A stretch of DNA of 64,000 bases from Conidiobolus incongruus B7586 (taxonomy: Eukaryota), in assembly GCA_000697335.1 (NCBI GenBank), contig JNEM01011617.1, positions 1 to 64,000 on the forward strand. Direction: 5' to 3'. Under the pieces are notes generated by a model. It was not told the DNA's origin. It saw only the letters and a program-made list of their open reading frames with translations, and ran no database searches. How positions within the stretch are numbered: the first letter of the stretch is position 1; every line of letters begins with the position of its first letter. Below are positions 37,901-51,561 of the stretch, piece by piece. The position numbers were made by a program, and so were the translations under genes.

Positions 37901-40900
37901 TTTGATAATAAAATATTTTAAACCAGATTTCTTTTTCTCTGAAACCTGATAAGTACCTTTTATATTTGTTGGGTTTCTATATGAGTTTATAATCGGAGTA
38001 ATTCTCTATATCAAATTCTTTATTGTTTACTATTATAAATTTTCTAAATTCAGTATAGTTAGATTTTAAAACAATTTAATAAACCTGTTTCTATATAGAT
38101 ATTCAATAAATTGGTATCAAACAAATCAAATTGAAAAAAATATGTTTCCGCATTAAAGAAATAAACATATTAACTTAGATCTATAAAATTATTGAAAATT
38201 TATTTTAATAAATACTATGAATTTAAATTCTTAAGCTCAATAAATGTATTATGAAAAAACTTCATTAATTTATCGAAGAATTCCCAATGACTGTTTAGGT
38301 AATTATTAACCTTCTTGTTTATGCGATTGAACAATGATAATATTATCCACAATGTAATTAATAATGAATCATTTGATATTGAAACCTTAATTGATAATAA
38401 ACACTATTAAGTGATTCATAAACATTTTCTATCTAAACAAAACATAGTGCTGATATCTAATTTATGTAATATGTATTATTATTATTATTCATTATAATTT
38501 ATATTGTCATTATATATAAACTTATATCGATATTAAATCGGAATTATGAAAACACCATAATTTTCTCATATAAAATAAATATTTACTCAATTTTTAGAAT
38601 AATTAGAAAGGTTTCGCCAATAAAATCTCTCATAAATGTTCAAATATTACGAAATATTTAATCCTGTACTTTATATGTTAATACTAATTCATTTAATGAT
38701 TTCTTTCCTTATATTTTATTATATTCTTTCATTAACAAATTTGATTACATGAAATTGATTTTACTAATACCATATTTGTTTATATTGACTATTGATTCGG
38801 CAATATTATCTACTTATCTGAAATTCGTATTGAGCACAAAATATCTTTTTTAAGAGAAACTGGTGGTGGGTGAAATTTAAAATAATATTTGAAAATTGGA
38901 GCTTGTGACAAAAAATTTTTCATAACTAGTTTTAAATTGAAAAAAAAATTGAGCGCTAGCTTATTAACTTTAACCTGGTAAAATCAATACTATTATATTT
39001 ACTGGAAAATGATTATATTTTAACTATCATTTCCCAATCCATCAAACTCGATTATAGCACCTTTTGAATATTGCATTTTTTTTAAATTTATTATATATAT
39101 ATATATATATTTTATTTTATATAAAATTTTCCACAAATATCTGTATCCAATGAGTTTCTTAATCATTACTAACTTTATACTAATAAAAATTTTCCAAGAA
39201 ATGTTTTTTTGAGTTTTGAAGGAGTAATATTAAAAAATTTTTGTATAAATAATCAGCATTTTTAATATCAATAGAATTAATTGGGTATATTGTACTTGTT
39301 TGAATATTAAATTCTACTCAAATATAATATATATATTCTTTATTTATAGATAATGACAATCACTAGTTATAATGGGTTATATAATTGTTCTTAATTTCAC
39401 AAAAAATGGATATCAAAATGATTGGACAATAATTAAGACACCTAACTATACTATCAGATACTAAATCAGAATTTTTTAAAATTCTAGCTTTAAATTGCTA
39501 TTTCCGTCAATATTTACGGTTTTTTTCAATTTTAATGTATTGAAGTTTTATATATGATTGGATTATATATTAAATTGAAAATATTGATATATTAATATAT
39601 TGATATTAGACATTGAATATTTCGATAAATATGATATAATTGGGTATATTAAGTTTTACTTTTGGAGAATTTCATTTTATGATATATTTATATAAAATAC
39701 TTTGAAAATTGACTTATTGAAATGATTTAGGATAAAAAATGCTTAAGAATTCATTGAACTTGGTTATAAAAAGATATAAAATTGGCTTTAATAAAAAAAA
39801 ATATTGGCTCTATAGAATATACAACATACTCACATTTTTAATTTTTCTAATATTTCATATTTTGATAAAATTATTTGACAATTATTTTATTTGATTAACA
39901 AATATTATCATATCATCATACTTTAGAGAGTTTAATAATTTAATGTATATTTAATGAATATCACTGTAAAAATATTTCATAAATATATCAATGATTCAAT
40001 ATGATTAATTCTCCAACCCGATATATTATAAGAGGATTATCAATATGTTAAATTATTTTACACATTTTATGGATCATTTTAAAATTTCAGAATATTTTTC
40101 CAAATCAAATGCTTTTAAAATGATTAAACTACATAATCTAACTAGTCCTAAATTAAAAGCCAAAATCCATAGTTTATTTGGCATGATAAATTTATCAATT
40201 ATTATTATAGATTTCAATATTGACAACTTAAGTGTAGCTATTTAATAATACCTTTAAAACCTAACCAACCTCAACCAAACAAGATATTTTGTAGACTAAT
40301 ACTAATAATAAATGAATTGACTCACCAGTTTGCGAAATAGTTTTATTGATTTGGATATAGTTTGATCGGTTTAACACTTGGTGTGAATAATTACTAAAAA
40401 GAGTGATTGAATATATTTTTTATAGCTTTTAAGTGCAGCATTTTGGATTCTTAAACATTTTACAAAAGTTCCCAAGTAATTTCGGCATAAATATTTCTTG
40501 GAAAAAAATAATTATTCTTTGTTAATATATAACTAATAATTGACAAATATTAAATATATTCTGTCTAATAGTTCAATAGGAATAATATACGAATATACAT
40601 TGTAAATTTTGAAATATATATATTGTCAACAAAATATTAATGTAGAGAATAGTTTGTAAATATAGAGGAATTTAAAAGCTGAGTAACACAATATCTTAAA
40701 ACAGATAAAAACAGTGTAAATATTTAACAATGAAATAAAATTCTTAAAACTTCATAAGATAGTACTTAAGTTTATTAACTGTGAAGTTCCAAAATTTATA
40801 TCCATTTCAAATCCATTACTATTTCTCTAAAATATTTTATGCAACAAGATGATATTTCAAATTATAGTATACGGGTTAATTGTTTTAAATTTGTATATAT

Positions 40901-41191
40901 TATCAAATATTAAATATATAAGATGATATTAATAGTAAACTCTATCATACTTATTAGAATGGCGATAATGTTATTTATATTAAATGAATATATCCATTAT
41001 TAATTATATCCCCTAAATTTTCTCAACTTATCTGTATGAAAATTAATTGATTTCTCCATTATCAATCTTTGATAATATAACTCAAATTGATATTAAGGAT
41101 ATTATTAACAAAGGAAAATTGAAAGATTTTTGTAATTAACATTATTTAAATATAATAATATTAAATAATATGAAAATAATTTATTAAAATC

Positions 41192-42201
41192 TTAAGGATT
41201 TAATTTGTAACCAGATTCGGAATCATTTCTAGATGATAATTCAATATGATTTTTTTCAGTACGGCGAGCACCTAATAAACAGTTATCAATCTGATTTGGA
41301 GTTATTTATTTTCAATATTACCATAATTCCAGCATGAAACTTTTCCTTTAGCTGATTTGAAAGCAGTCCAAACTGCAGGATCCAGAGTAAATGCAATTAA
41401 GGTCAAAACACCCGCAAGGCCTGTTGTCACGGCCATAACTGTAGTGAGCCAGTGGACATATTTGCCAAAACCAACAAGTAAGGTAAAAAAAGCTTCAAAA
41501 GGTAGGGTAATAACAGTTGATAAAGGGTATAAGAATGATCTTTCAGCCATCTTCCTCTTTTGCTGTTTAAACTTTTTTTGATCTTCTTCACTGCTGATTT
41601 GGTAATTTGCATATGAATTAATCCAACGATTGAGGCTTTTATGACCGATGTAGGAGACGATAATCGAAACAATCACTGTAAAAAGATCTAGAAATCCAGC
41701 AAAAGCGTGGAATATTTGATTGGTAATTGGGTTATCTGCACCTGGGTTACATCCAACTTTTTGCTTGGTTCCAGTCATAGCACCTAAGAGATAATAACCA
41801 ATCAAAATTGGAGCAATTCCAAAAAACATTGCCAGCCAAACGGTTAACTCAAATCTCCAATTGGATTTTTTCAATTGTACAACTCCTCGATAAAAATGAT
41901 AGTTAATAGCCAGGTTGGTAAAGCAATAAAAAGTTCTTGCAAAGAGTCGGAAGGCAATGAGTCCTTGGCAGTATGTTGTACTGAGAAATTGAAGTTTTCC
42001 AAATGATAAATATTCTCCTACATGATTGGTCATGTCGGCAAGTGCAATAGCAGCAATAAGGCGGATGGTCATACGATTTACTAGTTTTAAATCAATACAT
42101 CCAAGAATAATAATTGCTGCAAGCACACAACTAGCTGAAGCTAACCCTATAGGGTGAAAAATTTTACCAAGTATAGGAGTCCAATTTGTACCAGAAATCA
42201 T
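41192..42201 (-). CDS. 7-TM GPCR-like protein; exons 42201-41322 and 41271-41192
   Basis: Closest to 33981-34988. Intron 41321-41272 (GTAATA...TTAG); exon 2 encodes GARRTEKNHIELSSRNDSESGYKLNP*. Confidence 0.88.
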
Positions 42202-45200
42202 ATTTCATTAAGATGATTAATAATTGCTTAATGAATTAGTTTATATATATTTTATATTATAAGTTTAACTGATCTAGAATTTATTATAAAAGATTTTATA
42301 ATTTATTACTAAATTTGTTTCACATTTAATTTTGTGATAAGTTTTTTTAGAATAATTTGGAATAATTAATTCAAATAATAATCCAAAATTTAGTGGATTC
42401 AAAGTGACATGAAATTTTCAATTTTTAATTTAATAAATATTAGAGATAATTGATATTACTAATTTGGTATATTATTATTTGCATTTTTTTATTAAAATTA
42501 ACTATCAAAAATTATAAATAATTATAAAGTACCTAATTTTGTTATATGTTTTAATAAATATTACTGTGAAATTGTGAGCAGAAAATAAGCTCACAATCTG
42601 AAACTTTAAATTATATTCTACCATAGTAAGTTATTTTTGATTTATGCCTTTTTCATGTTTTTGTAAATACTGATTTTTTTTACATTTATTATTTATTTTA
42701 ATTTGAGATTTTAATATATATATATGTATTTGAAAAGTTTATAAATTGCAATTTCTGAGTTATTGATAAATATGGTGTTTAGAATATTGAGGATTCAATA
42801 CAAACATAATCTCTTTAATATTTATCTAATCTTGTTAAATTTTATTTATATTTGAATCCAGTTTATAAAATAATCTAGTTTGTCATTAAAACTACAAGCA
42901 TCATATATTAATAATTAAAAACTTAATCCAAATAACCATATGAACCATTATTGTTTTTCTCAATTTTATTTGTTATTGTTGTAAATATTCTTTATTTCCA
43001 CATTACCGTAATAAACAATTTATCACTCGTATAAACAATCAAATAAATAATCAAACTATTAATTATATATTTATATTATAAGTCCTTGGATCCAGTCAAT
43101 TCAAGTTTTAAAAAATATTTTTTATTTCAATATATTTTAAAATAATTAATTTATATTTCCACTGAATTAAGATTTATTGAGATATTCAGGGTATTTATTA
43201 CTTTCATTCACACATATAACTGAATTTTCATAGCATATAACAAAAGTATTATTTCCATATAAAATTATGCCTTTCTTCAATTTTAAAGTAAATAACTTGG
43301 ATATTTGTAAATATTTTCAAATGAATAACATATATGTATATATTGAAACCTTTGAATTAAATTATATTAATTTGTATCAAATTTATAATCTAATATCACT
43401 AAACAATAATTAGAATCGATTTCTTAAATTTTATAAAATTTTAATTTATCAATTCAATACGATAATATTGAATTATTTTTAATCTTGAAATATCATATTT
43501 TAAACAATATTCATTATTTTGCTCATCCTTAATTATATTATATAACATCTCGTTTCCAATATGAATATCCAATCACATAATAACAAATTCATGATGTCAA
43601 TGATCTCAATAATCCTAATTGAATTTTTAGTCCTCGCAAAGTAGAATTGTAAATAAAATTATTATGTAATATGAATATAAATATTATATTCTTTTTTGAT
43701 AAGTATTAAAAAAAGAAAAAATTATTTTACTAAAAGAGTTGGTTAAGTACACTAAAATTATAGTATATATTTTATTTTAATACCTAAATATAATATAGAA
43801 TTATGTAATTAAAATTATATAAAATACTCTAAAATATTTATATATATTATAAAGATTATTTTATATGATATTATATTGTTTTTTAATATACTTCTCACAT
43901 ATAATATGAATTTAAGAAATATTATCAAATTTAGTTGAGTTTTTTATGGATTAAAATATTTATTTTTCTTTCGAAATTATCTTTTACAGTTAATACCGAT
44001 TTATAAAATATATTATATTTATATAAATCTAATCAACTTTATAGAATAAAGCTGCTGTAATTGCATATTGCATTAATCTTTAATATTAAATATTATATCT
44101 CTTATATTTTATTGATATAATATTATATTAGTTTTTATAATATATTTTGTGTATAGATATTGTCGAGAATCGGGATGTCTGCTCGCCACTCAACTTTAAC
44201 CATTCGTCCTTATACAGAACATAATCCACACACAAATATTTTACACAATCCTTGTAAAATGCGAAATCCCTGTCAACTACAAATGGTGTTTTAACACATT
44301 GTTCAATGATTGAGAGCACTATAAAATCATCACTGAGCACATATTTGCTCGGCAATCATCTCGATCAGGGCGATGCCCTACATCTTGATACCTTAATAAC
44401 ATCCCTTTATAGTATCTTGTTAGCCACTTTTGGCCCACTTTATCGAACTTACTTGATCCTTATCTCTGGGATCCTTTCTAGAAGACCCGCAATATATTGA
44501 AATTTCATTTCTTATACATTAATAATACTGATTATATCTACTGTATATAGAGTCTCTATTTTCAATTATCTTGATATTATAGAAAAATAATAAAATTCAT
44601 TCATTTTGATATTGAATATATTAAGTGAAAAAAAATATTATATGCAATACATAAATATAAAATAACAAAACAATAAAGAAATAAAATAGTTAATCGAGTT
44701 TTATATTAATGTATTTCATTTTAAACACTAAAATTCCTTTTACATCAATACCATTATTATTATTCCGTAAAATGTAAATTATGTTAATTAGAATGGATTA
44801 AACTATTAGAAAATTATTTAAGTTATATCTTTATAATATAAATAAATTTTAAGATATATTAAATATATAATATTATACAACATACACCTAATTTAGATTT
44901 CAATTAAATATAAATAATTATAAATATTTTCCAAAATATTAATTTAAAGTAACTATGTAAATCATTATTCAGCAGCTGTGTTATTTATGAAGTTGAGCAA
45001 TTTATTAAAATTTAACTCTTAGTAAAATACCGAAAATAATTATATAATTAGAACCGATTTGGAATCAAACCATCAAATAGATTAACTAAACAGATATATG
45101 TAAAGTTACATTATTAATTAATATTTGGAATCAAAAAATTAAATTTGTAAGCTATTTATTATATAATTGACACAAAGCTCAAAATATGAAATTTGTTTAT

Positions 45201-45309
45201 CTTGTGCCTGGGTATCTTATTCATTTAAATCTTTTAATCCAATACTATTAAGATATTTGTCTTGGTCAATGCATATTTTAATTTAAGCATAATGAAAAAT
45301 TAATCAATT

Positions 45310-46173
45310 ACCACTTACCCAATTATGTGAATTTATCAATTTAATTTGACAACCAAGTAAAAAGATGAATAAAAATGCAATTACAATAAAAATACCATAC
45401 AGATCGTCAGAAATAGCAACAATAACTAAAACGCTTTCAACAATTCACCTTCAGCAGTAATATTTAATAAAAAAGCACTCAATAGGAGTATGACAATAGT
45501 TGATTGAGATAAAATTATCACTTCCAATCTATATTTTTTTACATTGATCATCATTATCAGATTGGGAAGATTTTTTATATGAATAAGAATCTGGCAAGTT
45601 ATTAAGATTTTTTCTGCAAAGGATAGAGATATTAATACAATCTTTAATTGCCAGTAAAGCAGTTATATCTAAAATTGATTGGGATATACTGCTGTATGTC
45701 TTATTATTAGAACCAGCTTCACAAGATAATTTCAATTTATCATTGAAAACTCCTAAAAAATGAAAAATACCATCAGTGATATTCTCAGTTATTTTTTCAA
45801 TCAAAAACAGATTTCAAATTTGAAAGTGGGATTTTTGAGCTGTAAAACAACTCAATAAAGTTGATAATTAATTATTAAATTTTTAAAAAAAAATTAATTT
45901 GGAAAATGAGTGAAACAGAGCCAGAAGTTTATAATAGAGGATATCAGCAAGGTTTTTGGTTCTAATTGCCATGTACTCAGATATATTTTTTGTTAAAGAA
46001 ACGAAAGAAAATGGCAGTAATCAATCTGATAGTCGTTCGGTTAACAAACCTCAAATTGATACACACAAGTGCAACTAAAACACCTAGGATAAGTCATGGA
46101 AAAGCGAGGCATACTGGACGGGAGGTCTTCCCAATAATTACAGTGTTCTTTGGATTTTAAAAAATTTTATCAT
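45310..46173 (-). pseudogene. Highly degenerate GPCR-like pseudogene
   Basis: Minus-strand NTVIIGKTSRPVCLAFP*LILGVLVALVCINLRFVNRTTIRLITAI, and later FHFLGVF...SCEAGSNN, matching the family's TM1-TM2 and ECL2. Many stops and frameshifts; ends approximate. Confidence 0.8.
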
Positions 46174-47867
46174 TTTTAATTAAAATCTTCATCAGTAATT
46201 TTACACTAGCTAAATTATACAATGCACAATAAATTATTAATCCAATCAAAATTTTTAGTTCATAAATAATCCCATGGTTTATTTGGATATTTATTAATTA
46301 TAAAATCTTAAATTCCAAAAATATATATTATCTTCTATATTCTGTCACTATAATTATTTATTTTTTGATATTTTTATTAATATTATGAAAAACTTTATTC
46401 ATTAATACTTATATATTTTCATGTATCAAAATATGGTTAAAAATCTTTTAAAAATATCAATTATTTTTAAAATGTGTGAAAAGTTTACAGATAAAGAATA
46501 AATTCCTCTATAAGCTATATTATCATTATAAATATTTATAATGATAGTTAAAAAGATTAAATAACTTATGTCCGATATAAGTATTTGACATAAATCTAAT
46601 ATAAAATTTGGTATTAAATCACTAACTATATTCATATCAATTATCTTTAGAAAAAATAATCCAAGTTGCAATTTTTTGCACAAATATTACCTATTTTAGA
46701 AGTGATAGAAATTCTACGATATAGATTAAATCAAAATGATTAGATACATTGATATGTAACAAAATAGTATCGAGTATTCAATTTTTATATTTCTAAATTA
46801 TATTATTCAATTATTATTTACCTTTCTCACATCTAATTTTTAACATTAATCATTCAATTCCAGATTAAATTCAACGCATTAATTCACAATTTAATATATT
46901 TCTAATATATAATTGTAATAAAATAACTTTTAATATGTACAGAAAATTCAATGAATTTGCATATTACTTATTACATAAAGGGATAATAATAATACTTATC
47001 ATTAAATCTAACATTAACAAATTCAATTCTTAAAACCGTAATTGAATGTATTTTTTTGATTGGGCAAAGAATTCATTTTGTATATTTAATATTGTTATAT
47101 ATTTTTATTGTTGTGTTTTATAAGATTTGTAAAGATGGCTGTTAGAAAAGTGCTTGTAATACCATTTGGTAAATTATTTATCAGTAACCTCGTTTAAGTT
47201 GTTGATTGAGTGAATGATATCCTTTAATTATGGACTGACAAACAGTATTGGCTTAACTATCTAATCGAAACGTACGAGTATTTTCAAAGTACAGCATTTA
47301 TCACTATCAATTTTATAATTAATTTACTTTTATCCAAGACTCTCTATATAGAGAAAACTCCTAATGGGAATGAAAATTAGTTATGTTTATTGCAAAAATT
47401 GGTGATATAGAATAGATTTGATATGATCAAAAACCGATCTTTTTATATTTATTGTATGTTTATTCTATGCCATTTTATAATATACTATAATATATTAATA
47501 GTGTGTGGAATTGGTGTTGGATAAAAATAAATATTTAGTGTAAAATGCTTTTCAAAATAGTAACTATATAAAGGCCTCATTATTAATATTACAAATGAAC
47601 CAATAAATACTATCATTGATAATTTTCGAATTATTACAATTCAAATATATATTGAGATTGAAAAATACACTAATATTAAATTTTCTTTCTAAAGAATTAA
47701 AAGATAAATCAAATAAATATCACTTAAATAGTTTATATTCTCCACTTTTTACAAAAACTGATCTATATATTATAGTTAGTCACTTAACTGCTTTACATAG
47801 TTTTTTTTTAAATTCTTCTTCAATTTTACATTCTTAATTTTTAAATACCAAGTTAAACTCTTATCTA

Positions 47868-49107
47868 TTACCATAGAATCAAAAAAAAATGGGAAATTTT
47901 TTAATTTCTGATATCTCAAACTTATTATTAATTGTAAAATAAAATATATATATATATAATATTTTTTTGTTTAAAAAATTAACTTTTTAAAATTAGTTGT
48001 TTAATTTAATTATGCTTAAACTAAATAATGATCATCAAAAGTCATTTATTTTAGTATTAATAAAACTTAACCATATACCCTCTGAAATTATTTAAAATTT
48101 ATAAACAACTTTTGGTAATAAAAAATTATCTAAATCAACAACTTATTGTTAGGTGAATTATTTTAAGATTAAGAAAAAAATGATATAATACCTAATAAAA
48201 TTTTTAAAAAAATTAATTTTAATTATTACTCTTTTAACTATTAATAAAGTGAAAAATTAAATTGAAAAATACTTTTTAATTTATATAAAGAATTATTAAG
48301 ACCATTAAATATTAATTACACAAGTATTTTACTTATATTAAGGTTTAAATTTAATTAATTAAAATATAAAATAGGTATATTATAATTTATCTAAAACTTA
48401 AGATAAAGTTAAAATAATTATTATTAAATAATATTTATTAAGGTTTAATTAAAAACTAAAGTTATTATAATAAGTTATTATAATTGATGAACTTTAAATC
48501 CTTTTATATAATCTTTTATTAAAATATAAATCAATTTTTTTTATAAATTCCTTTAAATAAATACTTTAATAAGTGAATATTAATTATTATAATTAATTAT
48601 AATGGAATATTCTATTTTGATTTAATTTTTAAAAGAAAATCAATTAATAGTAAACTTTATATTGTTTTTTTAAATAAAACTAATTTTAAATAACATTTTT
48701 AATATAATTTAAAAAACATATTATTTTATATAATAATTATAAAATATATAATATTAAAGCTATAAAAAGCTTTCTAATTATTTTTAATTAGAAAAAAATA
48801 CTATATTTAATATTTTCTTTAGATTATAACTTATGTGATAAAAATTGTTTTAAATAATTAAAAAACTAGCTTATAGGAAAAAAATTTCTGTAGGAAAATT
48901 TAATTAGTTTGTGAAATATCAAATTTTAGTTTTTAATAAAAAGATATATTTTTTAAGGCCTAAAACTTTGCTAAAAGTATGGCAAAAAGTTATTAGAAAT
49001 CAAAAAAATTACTAATTTTATATTATATATTTATTTTTATATTTTATATATTAAAATGATTATTTTTTCAATCATAAAAAATTCCTATTATTTAAATTAC
49101 CAAGTAA
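47868..49107 (+). mobile_element. Near full-length mariner copy 2, more heavily AT-mutated
   Basis: Colinear with 660-1974 (ATGCTTAAACTAAATAATGATCATCAAAAG...; AAAGTATGGCAAAAAG). TIRs TTACCATAGAATC.../...TTACCAAGTAA are flanked by TA. It retains the third catalytic D (TGTGAT), giving DD34D spacing. Confidence 0.92.
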
Positions 49108-51169
49108 TAATATCTATTATATATCAAATTCTTTAACTTACCAAAATAATCATAGTTATAAAAGCTGATAACTATCAAGTATAGTATGAAAAATAATAAA
49201 CATAAATTCTTATTAATCAGAGTTTTGTTAATTTTAACTATGTATATATGGAAATTATTTTATGTGATAAACATACTTGGAATTTTAAGTTTTTCTTTAA
49301 ATTATTAACATTAGATATTTAAATACAAAATTTGTACTTTGTTGTTTTAATCAATTTTTTATTTATAATTATTGACAGTTTATAAGATTAAAATCTCTAT
49401 CTAAAAATTACATTTGTTTTTTAAAATAGTTTTTTTCTTTCATATTGGAAATAAAAGTTTGCATTTTTAACAATTGGAGATAGTATTCCTTAGAAATGGA
49501 TCATATTTTGAGACCTATGATTCGTTAATTAAAACTAATTTTTCATTAAAAAAATTGAAAATAATAATAATTTATCTTGGATATATTTTACTTATTTTTA
49601 AAACTTTATGTTAGATTTATATATACTTATACTCCTTATATTCTGTTTAAATTGAATGTATTTCTTAATAAAAACATATCGCCAAAATTCATCTTAAAAA
49701 TAACAGATTTAATTGCTTCATTGAAATTTATTCGTGATATTTGAGTTATTTCCTAGTATTATTTAAATTTCTTAAGTAGATAATATATTTTATATTACTG
49801 ATATGTGCAAAATTTTTTATACAGATTCTCCATCGTTAAACTAATTAACTATTTTTAATTTTTTTCCAAAATCATTATACTGTGATAATTATTAAGTTCT
49901 ATCAATGGTTAAAAATATCTTTAATAAATTTTTTATTCTTCATTTTAGTTAAAAAATATTGCGTATTTTTAGTTTTATCTATTATCAAGCAATTTTAATA
50001 CATACAATTAAAGTATATTATTTGTTATATTCTATCAATCGGTTTATCATCACTTAATATAATTCAAAAGCAACATTAAGAATAGCTATTACTCTTATAA
50101 TGCTATTAATTTTGATATAGAAATTAATTTTTAATTAAGTTCTGTAGTATATTATCATAAATATAAATTTATATAATAAAATAAATTATACAAATACTGT
50201 TTAGATTAAAAATATATCTTTAACATCAAAACTCTATCATTCTTGCATTAGCAACTTGGTTTTCGAAATATATATATATAAATTATAAAAAGGAAAAATA
50301 TTGGGTTATATAAAAACAATGGAAGATATTTTAATTTCCGATTCCTTAAACATATAGTTGTTAATAAAATAAACTATATACAAAATCTACCTAATATTTA
50401 ATATTCTCAAATTTTATATGTTAATTTGTCTGATCAAAATAGTTTTATTTAAATAATTAACCATTGAATTCAAATATATTAAAAATTTATTATGATTATC
50501 AATAGGTTTTTATTTTAATATTATTGAAACTTATGCTTAAAACCTTTAATATCACTTTAGATTATCAATCAAATTATAAAAATATTATCTTATATAATAC
50601 TACAATAATCAAATATTAGAGTCGTTACTTTGATATTAAAAAGGATATTAATCAAAATTTACCAAAATATAGATTAATATCCCTTTTGACTTTTTCTTGT
50701 ATTAATATAAAAAATATAATTAAAATTTTGTTTATATAAAGTATTATTATAATAATTTAATTTTTAAAATATAAGTATATTATATATTTTAGATTTTAAT
50801 ATTTGTTTGATTAAAAAAAATTTAAATAAATATGTTATCATTGAACAAAAATTAAATAAAAATATAAAATAACTATAGTAAAATATTTCTATTATGATAT
50901 AACCAAAGTCAATTATTTATCAAAAATAATTTAATTAATATAAATCAGATTCTTTTGTATAATATTTTACTAAAAAATTAGCTTGAATTTAAATTATTAG
51001 TTTTATAAATTTTAATAAGCAATTATTTTATTTATAATTGAAAGTTAACTATCAAAATAAGTTATTATATTATGTAAATTACAAATTCAGTTTTTAAAGA
51101 ATTTATATCACATTTCATTTTATAGTTTTAAATATATCTATTTAAATTAATGTCTTCATCATTTATTAA

Positions 51170-51561
51170 GAGCACTTAATATTTTATATTACTATTATAA
51201 AATATTTAAAGTTTAAATGAGAAAAAATTAACTATATAAAAAAGATATTAAGAAATACCATATATAATTAAGTCACCTGATTATAACCTATTTGATGATT
51301 ATTACTCTGGACAATTAAAAAGCTTCTTTCAAGAAAGAATATTTTTGCAAACAAATTTATTTAAATTATCAAATTATAAATTTCAGTTTATAATAGTAAA
51401 AAACTATGTTTTAAGCTATAAAAGTTAACCAAAAGTATGGCAAGATGTTATTATTTATAAAAAATGATATTAAATTTATAGTATTTATTTATATATATCG
51501 TATTCAAAATTACATATAGGTTTTATTTTGAAATTTTATGATTATTAAATTTCCCAAGTAA
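51170..51561 (+). mobile_element. Old, diverged mariner 3' fragment
   Basis: Translation PYIIKSPDYNLFDD and KVWQDVI; terminal ...ATTATTAAATTTCCCAAGTAA resembles the family's right TIR. The left boundary is uncertain. Confidence 0.65.
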
